NCBI GenBank assembly: GCA_047495785.1
Contig: JBLDXI010000015.1
Location: forward strand, 3,100,001-3,164,000
Length of the DNA: 64,000 bases
Direction of reading: 5' to 3'
Origin: Lepidodermella squamata
Lineage: Eukaryota > Animalia > Gastrotricha
A program made the position numbers and the translations under genes. The notes beneath the pieces were generated by a model. It worked only from the letters and a program-made list of their open reading frames with translations, ran no database searches and had not been told where the DNA came from. Positions 12,330 to 23,349 of this stretch are shown piece by piece (position 1 is the first letter of the stretch; each line of letters starts with the position of its first letter).

Positions 12330-14705
12330 TTAATCATTAGCTATTGAAGTGCTAAATCCAGTTACTGCAGAATCAATATAATTCTGCCTTCGTTTGCTCC
12401 ATAACGGGAGGTAAAACGTAAAGTTAGCCGAGATTGAGTAAACCAGCATGCCAAAAGCTGCCGCCAGGATTTGATTGTTTTCACCTGATGAAGCGAGCAG
12501 AAATGTGAGAAGAGGGAAAACGCATAGAATCTCCACAGAGTTGTAAGCAGCCCATGAGACGGCCTTAATTTCCATGTCGCTTAGAAATTGATTCCTCTGT
12601 CTCCTTAAAATTGCTGCGATGCAACAAGCCGCGAATATCATCAGCAAATTAGCTACGATGAATCCTGCTAACCATGAGCTCCAGGTCTCGGAAACACATG
12701 TTGTTACCAGAATCTCAAAGTATGACCCTGCAACTTCGTCATAGATAGGGGCAGAAATAGTTTCACGAATCGTCAAAGGGTCTGATAGAATGCAAGCTAA
12801 TGCGCATATAAATGCACCTGCAGACACAGAAGTGGCAATTAAGGTTTGTATCTTCGATTGATGTAGAAAGGTCGATTGAAACATCCGCGGATCCCTCAGG
12901 TTTACAGACATCGCCGAGTTTCTTATGCTGGAAGTTGTCCGCCTGCTATGCCTGCTTAATTTCGGCATCAAATTATTCAGTTGCAGCCATTGCGCTGTTT
13001 TCCTTAAAGAGTAGAGCCTTGAGAAAATGGCTGAGTTCAACACGGTGACCCCAACGAAGCTAAACAATGGTCGGATACAGCATAGCGTTTCTTTGAGATA
13101 CGCTACTTCCAACACAAGCATGAACGCATCGAGATTCAGCAGAAAGCAACCTACAAATACGACAAAATTCGTTGCAGGATGATTGAAAACTAGCAGTTGG
13201 GAGGTCAACGTTTTGTTTTGCTTCAGCCTTATAAGCGTGAAAACCTGAAATACGCCTGCAACAACAGACAAGGAAGCAATCACGCCGAAAGCTGACATCG
13301 GAAATTCAACTGAAATGCGCCGAATATTCAGCAGGTCTTGAGGAGGTAGCCCATTAGGCGTGAACCAAGCTGCCCCTTGGAATTTAACGAGTTCATAAGT
13401 GCTGGCATTCAAAACGGTCCGATAATCAGTGTCTTTTCGTGTCACTTTGTAAGCATAACGATTTGAGCCATTAAGCCATTGGATAATCCACATTTCTTCA
13501 TCGTCGAGTTCCAAACGCTCCGAATATTTCAGCCGGCCGATTCTTATCCCATTGAAATCCAGATTTGCCGCTGAGTCATTCACAACCTTTGCAACTAAGA
13601 CAGGATTAGACGAGAAATCTCTCAGTGTCAAGTTGAATTTAGAGATCAAGACTTCTTCGCTTCTGTTGAGTGCTAGAATAGCTGCCATTGTCGCATCATG
13701 GCATAAGTGGCGCTGAGGATAATCGGGTACTAACTGCCCTGCCAAGTTATTCGAAACCTTGTCTTCAAACCGATCTAAATCGTAACCCAGTGGGGTTTTG
13801 CCGTAATTTTTTACCGCTCCCAGCCAACTGCCAATAAAAAAGGTTCCCTTCAACTGCTCGAAAAGCATTTCTCGGCTGCAACCCGGGGGCAATGTCAGAT
13901 AAGGACTGTCAGCAGCGAAGTAAGTGTAGAAGTTTGGAAAGAAGGCATATTGAGGTGGGCGCATGTTTCTTTCGTGGGAGAAGCATAGAAATTTGATAGT
14001 CAACGAAACTTGACCATGGGCGAAGACAATAAATCTCGCTTTGCTGGCCTTGACATCGTCGATAATATCGTAAGTGACATCAGATTCGCTTCCGTAATAC
14101 AAGACCGATATGTCGTTTTCGATCAGACCCTTTTGCAATGACTGTCCGAGCATATAATCATTTGCATTTGTCGAAAAGGTGAAAATTCCCATCTGGCCCC
14201 ACTTTCCGACTTGTTTCGCGAATAAAATAACGGCGATGGCCAGATTTTCATAGGGCATTTGAACGCGGTAAAGGCTTGAAAAAGTTTGACGCTTCCCTAT
14301 CAGGAATGGACCTGTGCAACCCTCGGCGAATTGAGCGAAGCCTAGTTTCCTTGTCACAAAGGCAACACTTTGACATGCCAATGAAGGTCCGACAACCACC
14401 GGTGAAAGGTAGGAGCTGTTATCACGGCGGTCATCGAATTCTCTGATAAAGTTGATGAAACTTTGAGGGGCTTTCAAAGCACTGCGGCCTTCATCGCGAA
14501 CGTTCAACACGATATGGTAATTACGAAGGATGTCGTCCCTAGAGTTAGCCACTTCTACAACGACGTCTGATGCAGCTTTGCACGCTTTGGCATTCGAAGG
14601 TTCTTGCCCGGTCAACGGCATCAGACTCAACAGCGACAAATCGATTTTTTTCGCTGAAACCATGTTGATCGTGTTGAATATTACAAAACAAATGCTTGGA
14701 CGCAT
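12330..14705 (-). CDS. GABA-B-like class C GPCR, subfamily A copy 1 (intronless)
   Basis: Signal peptide, Venus-flytrap-like ectodomain (LSLMPLTG..A..V.N.R.DIL..Y), seven hydrophobic helices, no Cys-rich linker domain; 791 aa. Confidence 0.88.
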   Translation of the reverse strand: MRPSICFVIFNTINMVSAKKIDLSLLSLMPLTGQEPSNAKACKAASDVVVEVANSRDDILRNYHIVLNVRDEGRSALKAPQSFINFIREFDDRRDNSSYLSPVVVGPSLACQSVAFVTRKLGFAQFAEGCTGPFLIGKRQTFSSLYRVQMPYENLAIAVILFAKQVGKWGQMGIFTFSTNANDYMLGQSLQKGLIENDISVLYYGSESDVTYDIIDDVKASKARFIVFAHGQVSLTIKFLCFSHERNMRPPQYAFFPNFYTYFAADSPYLTLPPGCSREMLFEQLKGTFFIGSWLGAVKNYGKTPLGYDLDRFEDKVSNNLAGQLVPDYPQRHLCHDATMAAILALNRSEEVLISKFNLTLRDFSSNPVLVAKVVNDSAANLDFNGIRIGRLKYSERLELDDEEMWIIQWLNGSNRYAYKVTRKDTDYRTVLNASTYELVKFQGAAWFTPNGLPPQDLLNIRRISVEFPMSAFGVIASLSVVAGVFQVFTLIRLKQNKTLTSQLLVFNHPATNFVVFVGCFLLNLDAFMLVLEVAYLKETLCCIRPLFSFVGVTVLNSAIFSRLYSLRKTAQWLQLNNLMPKLSRHSRRTTSSIRNSAMSVNLRDPRMFQSTFLHQSKIQTLIATSVSAGAFICALACILSDPLTIRETISAPIYDEVAGSYFEILVTTCVSETWSSWLAGFIVANLLMIFAACCIAAILRRQRNQFLSDMEIKAVSWAAYNSVEILCVFPLLTFLLASSGENNQILAAAFGMLVYSISANFTFYLPLWSKRRQNYIDSAVTGFSTSIAND

Positions 14706-16048
14706 TCGAATTTAATTCAAGTTTAATTAATAGTCCTAGAATACAGAAACATGTAAAATGCATATCGTTAGCGTCGTTGAATAACTCGGATTTAGGCTTA
14801 TTTACATCCGTTTCAAGGTCACGGGTGACAAATAAAAAGCGGTTTTTTTATCGTGATGAAGAGGCAAAAACAAAAGACTTTTTACTTGTCATCTATCACG
14901 TTGAAATGGACGCAAACAAGCCTAAATCCGAGTTATTCAACGACGCTAACGATATGTTTGTAGGGCAGTTGCTGGTCGGTACACAGCTGATAAATCCGTG
15001 CCACCACTCCGAGGTTAAAAGTGTCGATAAATGAAGCGGAAGGTTAGCAAGTCAATGCGCTAATGTCTACCCAAATAATCCTCTCCTAAGGCTTATTCGA
15101 TAATTCGATATTCGATTGATTTTGCTCCTACCTCATCCCCCGCCCTCTGTCCGATCCTAAACATCTTATTTGAAATTCCAAAAAATTGCTTCGAGTAAGA
15201 AAAATTCGCCACAGCCTTTCCGACTATCCTTCAGGAATGTTATTTTTGCATATCCGTGCAGGCTAAAATAGCAACTTGGTCCGGTGTTGCATGGGCACAT
15301 GATAGTTGATGTTAAATCCCTCGCGTCGATTAAGCGTCGAATACATAGTACATAGAGTGAGAAAGACGCCTAAGTCATGAGCGCGGTCTTCTCTTGGTTT
15401 TAGTCAACAATTTGTCCTCGAACATTTTTAGGACAAAGTAATAGAAGCTGACATCAGAACTAATCGAAGTCTAGCTCTCGACAATGGGATCAATGCTCAT
15501 TAAATAAAAAATAAATAGCAGAAACAATACTATTCCCACCGCCGATGAAACATTCTGGAAGTAAATCTAATAACTAATAAATCTGGGAGGCCAAAACTGC
15601 CGTCATAACCAAAACCGACTAAATATATCCAAGCAGTCCCCGCTGCTCCTGATACTCGTGGAAAACTTGAAATATTTGAATGTAAGCTCGAATTTGAATG
15701 GCTACTGCAAGCTCTTTACTAAATGGCATGATTGGCTTGATCGTGTTGATGCACATGATCGAAATGCGATCGGTATGACAAGCGTATCGGCATGAAAGAA
15801 CGCCAAAATAAACACTGCTAAAACGCGTTCATTAATCACGTACAACTAAACAGATTGATAAAGCGAGGTATTTGTCTTCGGTGGCTATTTCGAACTCGCG
15901 TCTGTTTATGATGCTGCCGGGCGTCCTTTCTGGATCACGCTGTACATCATCCCATTTTAGTTTGAAAAGAAAACTCATGTTTGCGATTAACGCGCTTTAC
16001 TTTTCGTGCTCACCAGAGACTAGCGTGTGATACTTCCGTCTTTCAAGT

Positions 16049-18577
16049 TCAAAGAACATTGTCACTCGTGTCATTATTTGTCGAACACCGAGGTTTCACA
16101 TGCACAAGCACAGTCGGCATTAACTGTGCTTGGGAGTTTCTCGGTGCCATTACTGATGCTGTCATCGACGATCTCAACATCTCGCCTTCAGACGGCCATC
16201 GATTGCTCCAAACAGGAAAAAAGCTGATAGAGCTGGCGGAAACGGAAAACGTTAGCATCCCCACCGCGGCAGCCAGGCATTTGTTGTTTTCGCCGCCGTT
16301 CGAAGAGTTGAGCACGTAAATTAATAGTGAGAATACGCCGAATATTGCGGTTGAATTGAAGGCGACAAAGCTCATGAGTTTAGTTTCGAGAGCGAAAAGA
16401 AATTGAGCTCCCTTCTTTTTCAGCATCATGCCCGCGAGAAAGCAGGAAACAGCCAATAAAACAAGGTTCGATAGGAAAAAACCTGAAATCCACGACCCGA
16501 ATTTCTCCGATGTGCACAACGAGTTCTGAAGGTCGTAATAAGACCCAGATTTTTCATCATAGATTGGCTGTGATATCTGATACGTAATAAAGAATGGATC
16601 AGTTTTAACCCAAGAAACACCGGCCGCAAGGGCAATTGAGGACAGGGAAATCGCTAGAATAGTTTGCTTGAACGATAGATTAGCAGTAATGGTTTTGAAG
16701 GCCAACATCCTTGCTGGGTCCTTAACGTGATTATCGATCGCAAGCGAAGAGCGTCGGCGGTTTGGCGACTCCAAGTTAGAAGAATTCCGATGACCAAATA
16801 CTGGGAGGTTGTTAGAAGATCCGCGCTTAGGGGTAGCATACAGCCGCATCCATCGGCTCATGCTGCGAAGTGAATAAAGTCGACTCACGATAGCAGAACT
16901 CATTACAGTCAAGCCGATGCAGCAAAGCAGCGGCCGGATGGGGCACATCAAGTGCTCAAAAAATCCTTTTTCAATCATCAGTATAGTAGCTCCAAGATTC
17001 AAAGTCAAGCATCCAATGAGCATTAGATAATTTGTCGATCGATGATATAAGAAGAATGACAATTCATTGTAGACAGTGATACAATGCAATTTGATGAGAA
17101 TGAAACCTTGGAAAATTGTTAGCACTGAAGTTACTGTAAAAACTGCAATTGAACCTGAGAGCGGGAAGGAGATTATCACGTGAAGAATGTTTGATAAATC
17201 TTGCGGTGGTTTTCCATTATTGGTGAACCAAACTACTCCCTGCACTCTAACTAATTCATAAGTGCTGGCATTGAGCACTGTGCGGTAATCATTTTCTTTT
17301 CTGGATACTTTGAAAGCATAACGATTTGACTCGTTAACCCATTGAATGATCCACATCTCTTCATCGTCGAGTTCTAGACGCTCGGAATACTTCAACCGGC
17401 CTATTCTTACTCCGTTGAAATCAATAGCCGCTGCTGTTGCATTCACAATTTTAGCTACGAGTTCTGGGCTAGTGACGAAATCTCGTAAGCTCATGTTGTA
17501 CTTTGATCTCAGGAAATCCTCGCTTCTATTAAGGGTTAGAATTGCAGCCAACGTCGCGTCATGGCATAAATGTCTCTGTGGGTAGTCTGGGACTTTTTGA
17601 TTATTTAAAGAACTCATCACTTTAGCTTCAAAATCGTCCAGGTCATATCCGAGCGGTGTAACTCCGTGATTTTTGACGGCTCCTTGCCAACTCCCAACAA
17701 AGAATGTAGCTTTCAGCTGTTCGTAAATGTCTTCCCTAGTGCATCCTGAAGGCAGCTCAAGAAATGCATTATCAGCTTCGAAGTAGGAATAGAAGCTAGT
17801 GAGGAAGGCGAATCTAGGTGGCCTCATGTCCTTCGCGTGGGCATAGCATAGAAAGTCAATAGTCAACGAAACTTCGCCATGCGCAAATACTATGAATCGT
17901 GCACCGGAAGTGCGGAAAGCTTCGACGATTTCGTTAGTCACTATAGGTTCGCTGCCGTAATACAGAACCTGAGTCCCACTGTCGACAAGACCTCGCTGGA
18001 CAGACTGGGCCAACATGTAGTCATTTGCGTTCAGGGAGAAAGTAAAAATCCCCATTTCGTTCCACTTACCAACTTGTTTTGCGAGCAAAATGATACCTAT
18101 CGCCAAGTTTTCGTAAGGCATCTGAACGCGGTAGAGACTGGAGAATCTTTGACGTTTGCCGATTAGAAAGGGGCCGGTGCAACCTTCTGCAAACTGGGTA
18201 TAGCCTTGCTTCCTAGCAATGAAAGAAACGCTTTGACACGCAACAGATGGTCCTACAACGACGGGTGATGGAAAGGAATTGTTGAGTGTAGAAACATCCT
18301 CAAACTCGCGTATAAAATTGATAAAACTTCGAGGAGCTCTCAAAGAACTGAGACCTTGGTCACGAACTTTCAGTGTTATCTTGTAGTCGGATAGGATGTC
18401 GGGTCGCGAGTTTACCGCATCAATGACCACCCTTGATGCTGCAATGCAAGTTCGGCCGTCAGAGGGTTCTTCGCCGGTCAGAGGCATCAAACTCAACAGC
18501 GAGAGTTCATACTGCTTAGCATAAGCTACTGTCGGTAGACGAAAGCATAAGGAAACCAAGACAAATATGATGATCAT
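16049..18577 (-). CDS. GABA-B-like class C GPCR, subfamily A copy 2 (intronless)
   Basis: Close paralog of 12330-14705 (shared FAEGCTGPFLIGKRQ, PDYPQRHLCHDAT, LKYSERLELDDEEMW); 842 aa. Confidence 0.88.
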   Translation of the reverse strand: MIIIFVLVSLCFRLPTVAYAKQYELSLLSLMPLTGEEPSDGRTCIAASRVVIDAVNSRPDILSDYKITLKVRDQGLSSLRAPRSFINFIREFEDVSTLNNSFPSPVVVGPSVACQSVSFIARKQGYTQFAEGCTGPFLIGKRQRFSSLYRVQMPYENLAIGIILLAKQVGKWNEMGIFTFSLNANDYMLAQSVQRGLVDSGTQVLYYGSEPIVTNEIVEAFRTSGARFIVFAHGEVSLTIDFLCYAHAKDMRPPRFAFLTSFYSYFEADNAFLELPSGCTREDIYEQLKATFFVGSWQGAVKNHGVTPLGYDLDDFEAKVMSSLNNQKVPDYPQRHLCHDATLAAILTLNRSEDFLRSKYNMSLRDFVTSPELVAKIVNATAAAIDFNGVRIGRLKYSERLELDDEEMWIIQWVNESNRYAFKVSRKENDYRTVLNASTYELVRVQGVVWFTNNGKPPQDLSNILHVIISFPLSGSIAVFTVTSVLTIFQGFILIKLHCITVYNELSFFLYHRSTNYLMLIGCLTLNLGATILMIEKGFFEHLMCPIRPLLCCIGLTVMSSAIVSRLYSLRSMSRWMRLYATPKRGSSNNLPVFGHRNSSNLESPNRRRSSLAIDNHVKDPARMLAFKTITANLSFKQTILAISLSSIALAAGVSWVKTDPFFITYQISQPIYDEKSGSYYDLQNSLCTSEKFGSWISGFFLSNLVLLAVSCFLAGMMLKKKGAQFLFALETKLMSFVAFNSTAIFGVFSLLIYVLNSSNGGENNKCLAAAVGMLTFSVSASSISFFPVWSNRWPSEGEMLRSSMTASVMAPRNSQAQLMPTVLVHVKPRCSTNNDTSDNVL

Positions 18578-19077
18578 GATTCGTAACGGAAAATTACATA
18601 AATGTCAAGACGTCACATTTTCAACTTAAAATAATCCACCCACGTTTCGATCCAAAATACAGGAAGGGAATATGAAGCTGCATTAGAATCAGTTTGCAAT
18701 TCGAGTATACTTTGTAAGACTCCTTTTAAGCTTTATTAAAATGACGTTCCAACAGCGTGAGTGATGTTTCTAATAGACAAAATGCTCGGAATGACATCTC
18801 CAGGTTAACGTCAACCTCTATTTTTAGACATTAACTTCTGAGCCAAATTTGAGTGTGCTTGCAATTGAGCATTTGAGACCTGAGGAGATCGACGTAACTC
18901 ATTTTACGTGATGTTTCTTTCACCTTGCCAATGGGCCTCTATTATCACCTATACATGCATTCATTGTTCGATAACATCCGTTTCTTATTCACAGAATGAA
19001 TGAATAAATGATTAAGCTATGAAAGGTACTTTCGTATGACTTCGTCGTTGTACTCAACAAGATGTTTGGAATAAAAG

Positions 19078-20627
19078 ATGGCATTATGGCACTGGGTACG
19101 ACAGCGAATAGTCTATGGAATCGCGATTGTCCTGGTTACAGCTTTTGCCATCTTCATCATATCATTAGTCGAAGCTCATGAACCTTTAAGAAAAAGCGAC
19201 AAAATACAAATCAAAACGCCATCAGGTAAATTCAGGCATTATCCTAATTGCATCATGTCAGATATCATCGTTAGAGCCTGAGAAACTACATACTGAATAC
19301 GACTATGAAGACGACGGCATACTCCAGCCAAGTGCGCCAATAAAAAGTCAGCAGCTTGCGGAATATCCTGAAATTTTCCAACCGGCCGCTTTTTATATTG
19401 AATCTACCAAAACAACGCGAAAGTTGGCAACTACCACGCCACATTTCGAAATTGTAGACAACCTATGGACTGATAATAAAACGAATGGTACTAACCGAGT
19501 CATTGCAACCACGAGACTGCAAAGCTGGCTTCGCCAAAACTACTTCGAAAAGATGAAACTCAAACACTACCATGGGTCTGCCGATATAGCACGGGTGAAT
19601 TATATTCGTATATATCTTAAATTAATTTGATTGAGTGAATTTACAGGTGTTAACCTTTTCTTTCGCCTGCAACGATCTAGCTCGTTATTTCCAAGGCGCA
19701 ATTAGCGTTTTTTATATCGCAGTTTTTCTCGGTCGAGTTTTCAATATGAAATGTTACAACAATGATGAGACGCTGGATCGATACTTTGAAATCAATGCTC
19801 CATTGTATGACGTCGATCCTGCTCTATACGACGAGAAGAATGGAAAGTCGATGTCAGTATCGCACGAAATACTCGATTTTACGCGGCCGAAATCTGGAGA
19901 GGAACAATTCAGAAAATGGGCCGAGATTGTCTCACGCGCAAAGTTGAGGTTGTCTCCACACATTACAATTCGAGCTCATTCGATCGCAGGCTTGAAAGGG
20001 GTGTTGGACAACCAGCGATTAAGGGCGAACGTTTCGTCACTTGTTGAAGATGTGAATGTCGGAGATACTGAAATTTTAACTCTACCAAGCGCCTTTCTGA
20101 AGGTTCATTTTAGCAAGCCAACTGACCGTCTAAAAGAGACATTCAATGCTCGATTTATCAACTTAACCAGCGTTTCTTGGAACTCTTCCTTCAAAATAGG
20201 AGTGGACATGAATTATGGCGAAAACGTTGTTTCAGATCATTCCTTAAGATGTATTCTTGATCGTATTACGGCGGTGGTTTCACTTCAAAAGGCAACTTCG
20301 CTGGTTTTTATCATGTCACAATCAGACGTTGCGGCTTATTGGTTAAAGAGCAAGATCGAAAGTTTCGTCTCTCGAAAAAACGTATCCACTTCAGTTATGA
20401 CAGCATCCAAAAAGATACAAGATGAAGACATAATTTATTCAAATTGGTACGCCTTGACACAGATGGACCACTTGATTATCGGCGGGTCAGGATTAGGCCT
20501 TAGTGCGGGGTTATTATCACTGGCTGCAATTGATCTATACATCGTCGATACTGAGAAAAAACAGTGCAAATTTGACAATAGACTAAATTTAAACACTCTA
20601 ACTTCAGGCGATTTATTTGAAAAATAA
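19078..20627 (+). CDS. Type II membrane fucosyltransferase-like (GT-B) protein with degenerate motifs
   Basis: Exons 19078-19225, 19275-19594, 19647-20627; N-terminal signal-anchor and stem; KIGVDMNYGE, VFIMSQS and WYALTQMDHLIIGGSGLG resemble alpha1,2/1,6/O-FucT motifs I-III. Confidence 0.6.
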
Positions 20628-20643
20628 AGTAAGGTCCATCCCC

Positions 20644-23109
20644 TCAATTTGCCTTGTACTGTGAGTGCCTTTTGGTCTCATAAACGCTTTGAGGTGTGAA
20701 GTTCAACTCAAAGGCATCAACGTCTAGTGATTTGTCGACTTTTGGCCATCGGCGAGAAGCAACTGGGTAGAAATAGATAGCAAAGTTCGACAAAGCGAAA
20801 GTTGCCAAGCCGATGGACAGAATTCCTGTCTGAAGGATGAAATTCGAGCTTGGTACGATGAAAACCATGAATACAACTCCGATGAAGATCGTGATGCTAC
20901 TTAAAGCCACAAGCCGGCTGGTTTGCAGCTCAAGTCGGTGACTATGAGGTATGACTTTGCTCAAGTTCCTCGCTTCATATGCGAAGTAAGCAGCAACGAC
21001 GAGGATGAATGCGTTAACTCCTATTAGGCTGCCTATCCATTGAATTTGATTATTAGAGTCGCAGTAGAAGAAAAATGTTCGATAATATTGATCCTCAGCA
21101 TAGTCGTAGCCTATGTCTGAATACCAAATATTAGCTTGATATGTTGTCGATTTTTGTCCTATCCAAAGGGCAAGTATCACCGAGGTCAAAATTGCTACTA
21201 TTAGCACACAGTGTCGCAATATGAGTGGGGTTTTCTCACGTTTAACTGACACATAAGTCAGCGTTCGTCGCAATCTCACGACCGAAGAGGCCGATGTAAA
21301 CTTGCTGAGCCGAATTAACAAGGCAATCTTCAAACATGTTATAGAGTTGATCATGCACAGACCAAACACTGACAAAATCACCCTAGCGTTGCATATCGAC
21401 GTCTGTGATGGTTCGACAATGAACAAAATCGCACTTGCATTGGTGGCTATGCAACTTAGAGCCAGTAACGATCCTGTTGATAAGTCGAAATGAACTTTAG
21501 AGTCGTGATTCCGCTTCGAAAAAGCAACGAGCAGCGTCACAACTATGTAAATAATTGATATGGAAACGATGCTGCAAACTACCCAAAACAAATATACTGG
21601 AATGCCCTCCTTAATGCCGAAAACAGTCGATAGGTCTTTAGGTGGCTGGCCTGTTCTAGTAAGCCAAACAGGGCTCTGCCGTTTCAAAACCTTGTAGTAT
21701 GATAAATTCATAAAATCAGTTGAATTTTCGGGTAGCTGTGAGACAATTTTGTATAGGAGAATCGGAGTCCGATTTTGATTGAACTGAACGACCCATGAAT
21801 CCTCCGTATCAACCTCGCGACGTATTGAGTAGGAGATTCTTCCAACTCTGAGGCCATCAACGTTTAGTTTAGCCGCCTCAATAATGACGCTGCGGTATAG
21901 ATCGGCTTGGAACTGGCCAAAGTCTGAAAGTGATTTGTTGAAACGCTGTTTTGTAATCCTTTCTGCGTTGTGAAGGGTCATGAATGCGGCAAGGGCAGTA
22001 TCGTGGTAGAGGTATCTTTGCTCGTAATCGCCTATTTTAGAATTTTGAAGCTCCTCCCTCAGAGCTGCATCGAAATAGGAGGCGTTGTACCCAAGGGTCG
22101 TCACGCCATAATCCTCAAAGGCACCTTGGAATGATCCGACGAAGAATGTAATTTTAAACACTTCATAGACCATATCTGTACTACATCCGGGTGGTGGATA
22201 GAACAGAGAATTGACCGGCGAAACGTAGCAGAAAAACGTGGCGATAATCACGTAATTCGGAGCTGTTATTCCCGCTTTGAAAGCATTACAGAAGAACTGG
22301 AAACATAGCACGTAATTGGTGTTTGTGAAAATAATGATTCGGCTTTGAGAGCTTTTGATCGATGCAACGACATCCATGCTGAAATCATACTCTCGGGAAA
22401 AGTACACGACTTGAAACCCAGATTCAATAGCTTTTCTATACATCATTTGGGTCCAAAGCACATCATTGGGTGTTCCAGCGAATCCGATAATACCAACCTG
22501 CATAGAGTCTTGAATGGAAATGAGATATAGAAATGCACACTTTATACTCACCTGTTTCCATGCTTTTTGATCCGACTTGAGGAAGAGCAATATCGGAATT
22601 ACAGTGTTAGATAAAGGTGCTCGAACGCGGAACACATTGCTATACAATTTTTTGTTAGAGACAAGAATGTCGCCATGGCAGTTCGGGGAAAATACAGCAA
22701 TATTGTACTGGCGGAGAATAGGTGTGACAGTGTTACATGAACCGCTAGGTCCGATAGCTAAAGGTGACATCACAGTCGCGGAGTCGTTCAGCAGCTTCAA
22801 GGTAGTAGGATCAAACCGGTTGTAAAATTGAACAGCAGCTCGAGGGGTGGCTATGTACAATCTAGCCTCGTCTGCTACGGCTACTTCAATTTGATGTTCC
22901 GGTAAAATGTCGCGTCTTGCGTTTATGACGCGGGCAACCAAACGAACGGATGTTTCAGCAACTTTGCCGTCAGAAGGCTCTGACCCTGTTTTCGCAATGT
23001 AGGTCAACACTAGCAGTTTGTTAGGCTTAGAAACTGGCTCCATTCCAGCTGTTAGGTAGCGGCAAAATTCTATAGCAATAAAGACAAGTCTCACGCTCAA
23101 GTCTAACAT
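20644..23109 (-). CDS. GABA-B-like class C GPCR, subfamily B copy 1 (2 exons)
   Basis: VFT + 7TM; 54-nt stop-free intron 22498-22551 at WKQ|VG, the same position as in the other B copies. Confidence 0.88.
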   Translation of the reverse strand: MLDLSVRLVFIAIEFCRYLTAGMEPVSKPNKLLVLTYIAKTGSEPSDGKVAETSVRLVARVINARRDILPEHQIEVAVADEARLYIATPRAAVQFYNRFDPTTLKLLNDSATVMSPLAIGPSGSCNTVTPILRQYNIAVFSPNCHGDILVSNKKLYSNVFRVRAPLSNTVIPILLFLKSDQKAWKQVSIKCAFLYLISIQDSMQVGIIGFAGTPNDVLWTQMMYRKAIESGFQVVYFSREYDFSMDVVASIKSSQSRIIIFTNTNYVLCFQFFCNAFKAGITAPNYVIIATFFCYVSPVNSLFYPPPGCSTDMVYEVFKITFFVGSFQGAFEDYGVTTLGYNASYFDAALREELQNSKIGDYEQRYLYHDTALAAFMTLHNAERITKQRFNKSLSDFGQFQADLYRSVIIEAAKLNVDGLRVGRISYSIRREVDTEDSWVVQFNQNRTPILLYKIVSQLPENSTDFMNLSYYKVLKRQSPVWLTRTGQPPKDLSTVFGIKEGIPVYLFWVVCSIVSISIIYIVVTLLVAFSKRNHDSKVHFDLSTGSLLALSCIATNASAILFIVEPSQTSICNARVILSVFGLCMINSITCLKIALLIRLSKFTSASSVVRLRRTLTYVSVKREKTPLILRHCVLIVAILTSVILALWIGQKSTTYQANIWYSDIGYDYAEDQYYRTFFFYCDSNNQIQWIGSLIGVNAFILVVAAYFAYEARNLSKVIPHSHRLELQTSRLVALSSITIFIGVVFMVFIVPSSNFILQTGILSIGLATFALSNFAIYFYPVASRRWPKVDKSLDVDAFELNFTPQSVYETKRHSQYKAN

Positions 23110-23349
23110 TTCGAAGCGGGTACACAATCTGACATTAGCTTAGCTTTGAACTGAATAATGCTTATCGATCTAAGAATATAAATTAGCCTGCTTTTATTAC
23201 GCTTTGACAATTCTTATGATTCATCGTATCGACGCCTCGATCTGATATGATAAGTGATAAACAATCTTGACAATTTTAGATGCTTTGGAGTTAATAAGCG
23301 TATGCCCACTACGCATCCTTAGGACATATTATTTTATTAGGAGTTTCAT

